DNA of 64,000 bases, from contig CM120646.1 of assembly GCA_051362555.1 (NCBI GenBank), positions 10,726,001 through 10,790,000 of the forward strand. The letters run 5' to 3'. Below the pieces are notes generated by a model. It searched no databases. It saw only the letters and a program-made list of their open reading frames with translations, and had not been told where the DNA came from. The DNA comes from Lingula anatina (Eukaryota > Animalia > Brachiopoda). The position numbers and the translations under genes are program-made. This document shows, piece after piece, positions 1 to 9,163 of the stretch (the stretch's first letter is position 1; each line of letters begins with the position of its first letter).

Positions 1-152
1 ATCATTTGTGAAAATTTCAGAAATGCTGGACAAGATTTGACAAAATTATTAACGTTTAACTATTTTAAGTCATGGTACTTGTCAGACTTTTTAATGTAAT
101 TTTCAGTTTTTCTCAATATATTGTCCGAAGAAAATACTTTTCATTGGACACA

Positions 153-346
153 GTCAACTGATCAGCTTATCACAGATTTTTATTGTTGTTAAGCATCATT
201 TGTACAAATTTCAGAAATATTGTACAAGATTTGACAAAATTATTAACGTTTAACTATTTTAAGTCTTGGGATTTGCCTGTCTTTTCGTTTTAATTTTGAG
301 ATTTTTCAAATATATTTTCCAAAGAAGACACTTTCTATTAGACACA
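153..346 (+). repeat. Representative 194-bp satellite monomer
   Basis: Measured anchor to anchor. Conserved blocks GTCAACTGATCAGCTTATCACAGATTTTTATTGTTGTTAAGCAT and GACAAGATTTGACAAAATTATTAACGTTTAACT alternate with variable blocks. Confidence 0.97.
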
Positions 347-893
347 GTCAACTGATCAGCTTATCACAGATTTTTATTGTTGTTAAGCATCTTTTGTACC
401 AATTTCAGAAGTATTGGACAAGATTTGACAAAATTATTAACGTTTAACTATTTTAAGTCTAGGGATTTGCCAGTCTTTTTAATGTAATTTTCAGTTTTCC
501 CAAATATATTGTCCTAAGAAAATACTTTTCATTAGACACAGTCAACTGATCAGCTCATCACAGATTTTTATTGTTGTTAAGCATGATTTGTACGAATATC
601 AGAATTATTGGACAAGATTTGTCAAAATTATTAACATTTAACTATTTTAAGCTATGGAATTTGCCTGTTTTTTCGTTGTAATTTTGAGTTTTTCTAAATA
701 TATTTTCCAAAGAAGACACTTTTTATTATACACAGTCAACTGATCAGCTTATCACAGATTTTTATTGTTGTTAAGCATTTTTTGTACCAATTTCAAAAAT
801 GTTGGACAAGATTTGACAAAATTATTAACATTTAACTTTTTTAAGTTTTGGGATTTGCCAGTCTTTTCAATGTGATTTTCATTCTTTTTTCAG

Positions 894-1142
894 TTATATT
901 GTTCTTTTTCCAGAGTACCCTTATCATGAAAAAGCAGACAGTGAAAGACGGGATCAAGAGCAGCACCATGTCTTGTCCATGTGTACAATACATGATATGA
1001 AGCAAGATTTAGTGCATTGTCAAGTATTGTGGTAGCAGCAACCCATTCCAGAAACCCATTGTAAGGAGGAATCTGCATCTGGCATTGATAGTAAGGAGAA
1101 GTCCTGTATGGGTATATATTGTTTTCCAGATGACAGTTCTAG
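894..1142 (+). pseudogene. Exon-like segment in the cassette (representative copy); degenerate frame YIVLFPEYPYHEKADSERRDQEQHHVLSMCTIHDMKQDLVHCQVLW*QQPIPETHCKEESASGIDSKEKSCMGIYCFPDDSS
   Basis: Acceptor TTTTCATTCTTTTTTCAG ends at 893, a second acceptor TTGTTCTTTTTCCAG ends at 913, and the donor AG|GTAATT lies at 1142/1143. Length is 249 nt with one in-frame TAG at 1033-1035. No protein family recognised. Confidence 0.4.
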
Positions 1143-1270
1143 GTAATTTGCAACCTCGTACACAAACAATCTCAAATCACCACATTTGCTGTTTTCTTTA
1201 TTGGTAAACAATACATTGCAATATTGAAATATTTTTTGGTTAATTCTCACTCTTATGATTATCAATTTTC

Positions 1271-1276
1271 AATAAA
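1271..1276 (+). promoter_or_regulatory. Possible polyadenylation signal AATAAA near the cassette 3' end (present in each complete copy)
   Basis: AATAAA is followed by an A8-9 tract and a T/GT-rich stretch ~45 nt downstream. Weak evidence in AT-rich DNA. Confidence 0.2.
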
Positions 1277-3381
1277 CTTGACACTAAAAAAAAACACAGA
1301 TAACTGATCAGCTTATCACAGATTTTTGTTGTTGTTAAGCATCATTTGTGAAAATTTCACAAACGCTGGACAAGATTTAAAAAAATTATTAACGTTTAAC
1401 TTTTTTAAGTCATGGAATTTGCCATTCTTTTTAATGTAATTTTCAGTTTTCTCAATATATTATCCGAAGAAAATACTTTTCATTAGACACAGTCAACTGA
1501 TCAGCTTATCACAGATTTTTATTGTTGTTAAGCATCATTTGTACAAATTTCAGAAATATTGGACAAGATTTGACAAAATTATTAACGTTTAACTATTTTA
1601 AGTCTAGGCATTTGCCAGTCTTTTTAATGTCATTTTGAGTTTTCCCAAATATATTTTCCAAAGAAGACACTTTTTTTTTGGCACAGTCAAGTGATCAGCT
1701 TATCACAGATTTTTATTGTTGTTAAGCATCATTTGTACAAATTTCAGAAATATTGGACAAGATTTGACAAAATTATTAATGTTTAACTATTTTAAGTCTA
1801 GGGATTTGCCAGTCTTTTTAATGTCATTTTGAGTTTTCCCAAATATATTTTCCAAAGAAGAAACTTTCTATTAGACACAGTCAACTGATCAGCTTATCAC
1901 AGATTTTTATTGTTGTTAAGCATCTTTTGTACCAATTTCAGAAATATTGGACAAGATTTGACAAAATTATTAACGTTTAACTATTTTAAGTCTAGGGATT
2001 TGCCAGTCTTTTTAATGTCATTTTCAGTTTTCCCAAATATATTTTCCAAAGAAGACACTTTTTTTTTGGCATAGTCAACTGATCAGCTTATCACAGATTT
2101 TTATTGTTGTTAAGCATCTTTTCTACCAATTTCAGAAATATTGGACAAGATTTGACAAAATTATTAACGTTTAACTATTTTAAGTCTAGGGATTTGCCAG
2201 TCTTTTTAATATAATTTTAGTTTTCCCAAATATATTGTCCAAAGAAAATACTTCTCATTAGACACAGTCAACTGATCAGCTTATCACAGATTTTTATTGT
2301 TGTTAAGCATCTTTTGTACCAATTTCAGAAATATTGGACAAGATTTGACAAAATTATTAGCGTTTAACTATTTTGTCCTGGGATTTGCCTATCTTTTCGT
2401 TGTAATTTTGAGTTTTCCCAAATATATTTTCCAAAGAAGAAACTTTCTGTTAGACAAAGTCAACCGATCAGCTTATCACAGATTTTTATTGTTGTTAAGC
2501 ATCTTTTGTTCCAATTTCAGAAATATTGGACAAGATTAGACAAAATTATTAATGTTTAACTATTTTAAGTCTAGGGATTTGCCAGTCTTTTTAATGTCAT
2601 TTTGAGTTTTCCCAAATATATTTTCCAAAGAAGACACTTTTTTTTTGGCACAGTCAACTGATCAGCTTATCACAGATTTTTATTGTTGTTAAGCATCTTT
2701 TCTACCAATTTCAGAAATATTGGACAAGATTTGACAAAATTATTAACGTTTAACTATTTTAAGTCTAGGGATTTGCCTATCTTTTCGTTGTAATTTTGAG
2801 TTTTCCCAAATATATTGTCCAAAGAAAATACTTCTCATTAGACACAGTCAACTGATCAGCTTATCACAGATTTTTATTGTTGTTAAGCATGATTTGTACG
2901 AATATCAGAATTATTGGACAAGATTTGTCAAAATTATTAACATTTAACTATTTTAAGCCATGGAATTTGCCTGTCTTTTCGTTGTAATTTTGAGTTTTTC
3001 TAAATATATTTTCCAAAGAAGACACTTTTTATTATACACAGTCAACTGATCAGCTTATCACAGATTTTTATTGTTGTTAAGCATTTTTTGTACCAATTTC
3101 AAAAATGTTGGACAAGATTTGACAAAATTATTAACGTTTAACTTTTTTAAGTTTTGGGATTTGCCAGTCTTTTCAATGTGATTTTCAGTTTTCCCAAATA
3201 TATTGTCCAAAGAAAATACTTTTCATTAGACACAGTCAACTGATCAGCTTATCACAGATTTTTATTGTTGTTAAGCATCTTTTGTACCAATTTCAAAAAT
3301 GTTGGATAAGATTTGACAAAATTATTAATGTTTAACTATTTTTAGTTTTGGGATTTTCCAGTCTTTTCAATGTGATTTTCA

Positions 3382-3796
3382 TTCTTTTTTCAGTTATATT
3401 GTTCTTTTTCTAGACTACCCTTACCATGAAAAAGCAGACAGTGAAAGATGAGATCAAGAGCAGCACCATGTCTTTTCCATGTGTACAATGCATGATATGA
3501 AGCAAGATTTAGGGCATTGTCAAGTACTATTGTGCTAACAGCAACCCATTCCAGAAACCCATTGTAAGGAGGAATCTGCATCTGGCATTGATAGTAAGGA
3601 GAAGTTTTGTATGGGTATATATTGTTTTCCAGATGACAGTTCTAGGTAATTTGCAACCTCGTACACAAACAAACTCAAATCACCAAATTTGCTGTTTTCT
3701 TTATTGGTAAACAATACATTGCAATATTGAAATATTTTTTGGTTAATTCTCACTTTTTTGATTATCAATTTTCAATAAACTTGACATTAAAAAAAA
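3382..3796 (+). repeat. Cassette copy 2, type B
   Basis: B markers CTAGACTAC, GATGAG, GTACTATTGTGCTAA, CCAAATTT. Confidence 0.93.
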
Positions 3797-4529
3797 CACA
3801 GATAACTGATCAGCTTATTACTGATTTTTATTGCTGTTAAGCATCATTTGTGAAAATTTCAGAAACGCTGGACAAGATTTGACAAAATTATTATTGTTTA
3901 ACTATTTTAAGTCATGGTATTTGCCAGTCTTTTCAATGTAATTTTAAATTTTCCTAAATATATTGTCCAAAGAAAATACTTCTCATTAGACACAGTCAAC
4001 TGATCAGCTTATCACAGATTTTTATTGTTGTTAAGCATGATTTGTACAAATATCAGAATTATTGGACAAGATTTGTCAAAATTATTAACATTTAACTATT
4101 TTAAGCCATGGAATTTGCCTGTCTTTTCGTTGTAATTTTGAGTTTTTCTAAATATATTTTCCAAAGAAGACACTTTTTATTATACACAGTCAACTGATCA
4201 GCTTATCACAGATTTTTATTGTTGTTAAGCATTTTTTGTACCAATTTCAAAAATGTTGGACAAGATTTGACAAAATTATTAACGTTTAACTTTTTTAAGT
4301 TTTGGGATTTGCCAGTCTTTTCAATGTGATTTTCAGTTTTCCCAAATATATTGTCCAAAGAAAATACTTTTCATTAGACACAGTCAACTGATCAGCTTAT
4401 CACAGATTTTTATTGTTGTTAAGCATCTTTTGTACCAATTTCAAAAATGTTGGATAAGATTTGACAAAATTATTAATGTTTAACTATTTTTAGTTTTGGG
4501 ATTTTCCAGTCTTTTCAATGTGATTTTCA

Positions 4530-4944
4530 TTCTTTTTTCAGTTATATTGTTCTTTTTCTAGACTACCCTTACCATGAAAAAGCAGACAGTGAAAGATGAG
4601 ATCAAGAGCAGCACCATGTCTTTTCCATGTGTACAATACATGATATGAAGCAAGATTTAGGGCATTGTCAAGTACTATTGTGCTAACAGCAACCCATTCC
4701 AGAAACCCATTGTAAGGAGGAATCTGCATCTGGCATTGATAGTAAGGAGAAGTTTTGTATGGGTATATATTGTTTTCCAGATGACAGTTCTAGGTAATTT
4801 GCAACCTCGTACACAAACAAACTCAAATCACCAAATTTGCTGTTTTCTTTATTGGTAAACAATACATTGCAATATTGAAATATTTTTTGGTTAATTCTCA
4901 CTTTTTTGATTATCAATTTTCAATAAACTTGACATTAAAAAAAA
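4530..4944 (+). repeat. Cassette copy 3, type B
   Basis: B markers; 1148 bp after copy 2. Confidence 0.93.
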
Positions 4945-5677
4945 CACAGATAACTGATCAGCTTATTACTGATTTTTATTGCTGTTAAGCATCATTTGTG
5001 AAAATTTCAGAAACGCTGGACAAGATTTGACAAAATTATTATTGTTTAACTATTTTAAGTCATGGTATTTGCCAGTCTTTTCAATGTAACTTTAAATTTT
5101 CCTAAATATATTGTCCAAAGAAAATACTTCTCATTAGACACAGTCAACTGATCAGCTTATCACAGATTTTTATTGTTGTTAAGCATGATTTGTACAAATA
5201 TCAGAATTATTGGACAAGATTTGTCAAAATTATTAACATTTAACTATTTTAAGCCATGGAATTTGCCTGTCTTTTCGTTGTAATTTTGAGTTTTTCTAAA
5301 TATATTTTCCAAAGAAGACACTTTTTATTATACACAGTCAACTGATCAGCTTATCACAGATTTTTATTGTTGTTAAGCATTTTTTGTACCAATTTCAAAA
5401 ATGTTGGACAAGATTTGACAAAATTATTAACGTTTAACTTTTTTAAGTTTTGGGATTTGCCAGTCTTTTCAATGTGATTTTCAGTTTTCCCAAATATATT
5501 GTCCAAAGAAAATACTTTTCATTAGACACAGTCAACTGATCAGCTTATCACAGATTTTTATTGTTGTTAAGCATCTTTTGTACCAATTTCAAAAATGTTG
5601 GATAAGATTTGACAAAATTATTAATGTTTAACTATTTTTAGTTTTGGGATTTTCCAGTCTTTTCAATGTGATTTTCA

Positions 5678-6092
5678 TTCTTTTTTCAGTTATATTGTTC
5701 TTTTTCTAGACTACCCTTACCATGAAAAAGCAGACAGTGAAAGATGAGATCAAGAGCAGCACCATGTCTTTTCCATGTGTACAATACATGATATGAAGCA
5801 AGATTTAGGGCATTGTCAAGTACTATTGTGCTAACAGCAACCCATTCCAGAAACCCATTTTAAGGAGGAATCTGCATCTGGCATTGATAGTAAGGAGAAG
5901 TTTTGTATGGGTATATATTGTTTTCCAGATGACAGTTCTAGGTAATTTGCAACCTCGTACACAAACAAACTCAAATCACCAAATTTGCTGTTTTCTTTAT
6001 TGGTAAACAATACATTGCAATATTGAAATATTTTTTGGTTAATTCTCACTTTTTTGATTATCAATTTTCAATAAACTTGACATTAAAAAAAA
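5678..6092 (+). repeat. Cassette copy 4, type B (CCATTTTAAGG variant)
   Basis: B markers; 1148 bp after copy 3. Confidence 0.93.
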
Positions 6093-7600
6093 CACAGATA
6101 ACTGATCAGCTTATTACTGATTTTTATTGCTGTTAAGCATCATTTGTGAAAATTTCAGAAACGCTGGACAAGATTTGACAAAATTATTATTGTTTAACTA
6201 TTTTAAGTCATGGTATTTGCCAGTCTTTTCAATGTAACTTTAAATTTTCCTAAATATATTGTCCAAAGAAAATACTTCTCATTAGACACAGTCAACTGAT
6301 CAGCTTATCACAGATTTTTATTGTTGTTAAGCATGATTTGTACAAATATCAGAATTATTGGACAAGATTTGTCAAAATTATTAACATTTAACTATTTTAA
6401 GCCATGGAATTTGCCTGTCTTTTCGTTGTAATTTTGAGTTTTTCTAAATATATTTTCCAAAGAAGACACTTTTTATTATACACAGTCAACTGATCAGCTT
6501 ATCACAGATTTTTATTGTTGTTAAGCATTTTTTGTACCAATTTCAAAAATGTTGGACAAGATTTGACAAAATTATTAACGTTTAACTTTTTTAAGTTTTG
6601 GGATTTGCCAGTCTTTTCAATGTGATTTTCAGTTTTCCCAAATATATTGTCCAAAGAAAATACTTTTCATTAGACACAGTCAACTGATCAGCTTATCACA
6701 GATTTTTATTGTTGTTAAGCGTTTTTTGTACCAATTTCAAAAATGTTGGACAAGATTTGACAAAATTATTAACGTTTAACTATTTTAAGTCTAGGGATTT
6801 GCCAGTCTTTTTAATGTCATTTTCAGTTTTTTTCAAATATATTTTCCAAAGAAGACACTTTTTTTTTGGCACAGTCAACTGATCAGCTTATCACAGATTT
6901 TTATTGTTGTTAAGCATCTTTTGTACCGATTTCAGAAATATTGGAGAAGATTTGACAAAATTATTAACGTTTAACTATTTTGTCCTGGGATTTGCCTATC
7001 TTTTCGTTGTAATTTTGAGTTTTCCCAAATATATTGTCCAAAGAAAATACTTCTCATTAGACACAGTCAACTGATCAGCTTATCACAGATTTTTATTGTT
7101 GTTAAGCATGATTTGTACGAATATCAGAATTATTGGACAAGATTTGTCAAAATTATTAACATTTAACTATTTTAAGCCATGGAATTTGCCTATCTTTTCG
7201 TTGTAATTTTGAGTTTTTCTAAATATATTTTCCAAAGAAGACACTTTTTATTATACACAGTCAACTGATCAGCTTATCACAGATTTTTATTGTTGTTAAG
7301 CATTTTTTGTACCAATTTCAAAAATGTTGGACAAGATTTGACAAAATTATTAACGTTTAACTTTTTTAAGTTTTGGGATTTGCCAGTCTTTTCAATGTGA
7401 TTTTCAGTTTTCCCAAATATATTGTCCAAAGAAAATACTTTTCATTAGACACAGTCAACTGATCAGCTTATCACAGATTTTTATTGTTGTTAAGCATCTT
7501 TTGTACCAATTTCAAAAATGTTGGATAAGATTTGACAAAATTATTAATGTTTAACTATTTTTAGTTTTGGGATTTTCCAGTCTTTTCAATGTGATTTTCA

Positions 7601-8015
7601 TTCTTTTTTCAGTTATATTGTTCTTTTTCTAGACTACCCTTACCATGAAAAAGCAGACAGTGAAAGATGAGATCAAGAGCAGCACCATGTCTTTTCCATG
7701 TGTACAATACATGATATGAAGCAAGATTTAGGGCATTGTCAAGTACTATTGTGCTAACAGCAACCCATTCCAGAAACCCATTGTAAGGAGGAATCTGCAT
7801 CTGGCATTGATAGTAAGGAGAAGTTTTGTATGGGTATATATTGTTTTCCAGATGACAGTTCTAGGTAATTTGCAACCTCGTACACAAACAAACTCAAATC
7901 ACCAAATTTGCTGTTTTCTTTATTGGTAAACAATACATTGCAATATTGAAATATTTTTTGGTTAATTCTCACTTTTTTGATTATCAATTTGCAATAAACT
8001 TGACATTAAAAAAAA
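7601..8015 (+). repeat. Cassette copy 5, type B
   Basis: B markers; rare TTTGCAATAAA variant shared with copy 23. Confidence 0.93.
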
Positions 8016-8748
8016 CACAGATAACTGATCAGCTTATTACTGATTTTTATTGCTGTTAAGCATCATTTGTGAAAATTTCAGAAACGCTGGACAAGATTTG
8101 ACAAAATTATTATTGTTTAACTATTTTAAGTCATGGTATTTGCCAGTCTTTTCAATGTAACTTTAAATTTTCCTAAATATATTGTCCAAAGAAAATACTT
8201 CTCATTAGACACAGTCAACTGATCAGCTTATCACAGATTTTTATTGTTGTTAAGCATGATTTGTACAAATATCAGAATTATTGGACAAGATTTGTCAAAA
8301 TTATTAACATTTAACTATTTTAAGCCATGGAATTTGCCTGTCTTTTCGTTGTAATTTTGAGTTTTTCTAAATATATTTTCCAAAGAAGACACTTTTTATT
8401 ATACACAGTCAACTGATCAGCTTATCACAGATTTTTATTGTTGTTAAGCATTTTTTGTACCAATTTCAAAAATGTTGGACAAGATTTGACAAAATTATTA
8501 ACGTTTAACTTTTTTAAGTTTTGGGATTTGCCAGTCTTTTCAATGTGATTTTCAGTTTTCCCAAATATATTGTCCAAAGAAAATACTTTTCATTAGACAC
8601 AGTCAACTGATCAGCTTATCACAGATTTTTATTGTTGTTAAGCATCTTTTGTACCAATTTCAAAAATGTTGGATAAGATTTGACAAAATTATTAATGTTT
8701 AACTATTTTTAGTTTTGGGATTTTCCAGTCTTTTCAATGTGATTTTCA

Positions 8749-9163
8749 TTCTTTTTTCAGTTATATTGTTCTTTTTCTAGACTACCCTTACCATGAAAAA
8801 GCAGACAGTGAAAGATGAGATCAAGAGCAGCACCATGTCTTTTCCATGTGTACAATACATGATATGAAGCAAGATTTAGGGCATTGTCAAGTACTATTGT
8901 GCTAACAGCAACCCATTCCAGAAACCCATTTTAAGGAGGAATCTGCATCTGGCATTGATAGTAAGGAGAAGTTTTGTATGGGTATATATTGTTTTCCAGA
9001 TGACAGTTCTAGGTAATTTGCAACCTCGTACACAAACAAACTCAAATCACCAAATTTGCTGTTTTCTTTATTGGTAAACAATACATTATAATATTGAAAT
9101 ATTTTTTGGTTAATTCTCACTTTTCTGATTATCAATTTTCAATAAACTTGACATTAAAAAAAA
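8749..9163 (+). repeat. Cassette copy 6, B/C chimera
   Basis: B markers at the 5' end; ACATTATAAT and CTTTTCTGATT at the 3' end as in type C copy 8. Confidence 0.9.

Larger units (their letters stand above)
882..1294 (+). repeat. Cassette copy 1, type A (most divergent copy)
   Basis: A markers CCAGAGTAC, GACGGG, GTATTGTGGTAG, CCACATTT; private changes AATCTC, CTTATG, ACACTA9. Confidence 0.93.
2850..6700 (+). repeat. 1148-bp higher-order repeat (cassette unit plus 3 monomers), about 3 tandem copies
   Basis: Cassette offsets 3390, 4538, 5686 with identical monomer-variant order; 566 + 3x194 = 1148. Boundaries are approximate. Confidence 0.9.

Noticed and set aside
149-190. CACAGTC and CACAGAT resembling V(D)J RSS heptamers or Transib ends
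   Set aside because: No ACAAAAACC nonamer at 12 or 23 bp spacing and no inverted partner.
153-346. CENP-B box or telomeric repeat in the monomer
   Set aside because: No TTCG-N4-A-N2-CGGG match and no short G-rich telomeric repeats.
153-900. CRISPR-like alternation of conserved and variable blocks
   Set aside because: The variable parts are homologous to each other rather than unique spacers, the period is 194 bp, and there are no cas genes or leader.
914-1140. Peptide words such as MKQD and HCKEE resembling linker regions of C2H2 zinc-finger proteins
   Set aside because: Too generic. No zinc-finger spacing pattern is present, so no family can be assigned without a database search.
890-1265. 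Repeated minus-strand ORFs of 62-82 aa (MQIPPYNG..., MIIKKVRINQ...)
   Set aside because: They are short, overlap each other and show no recognisable domain. One uses a non-ATG start. Stops, frameshifts and start losses differ freely between copies, so their recurrence simply reflects the DNA repeat.
882-1294. Cassette as a SINE, LINE end, retrocopy or MITE (AATAAA plus A8)
   Set aside because: No target-site duplication, terminal inverted repeats or Pol III A/B boxes were seen. The A tract lies in sequence that aligns with the monomer, and splice-acceptor-like sequence is retained.
882-1294. Cassette as a tandem 5S rRNA, tRNA, U snRNA or histone gene
   Set aside because: No recognisable conserved motifs of these families on either strand.
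2297-2539. Plus-strand ORFs 2297-2539 and 37847-38062
   Set aside because: Translations of satellite monomers opened by chance substitutions or by the 89-bp deletion.
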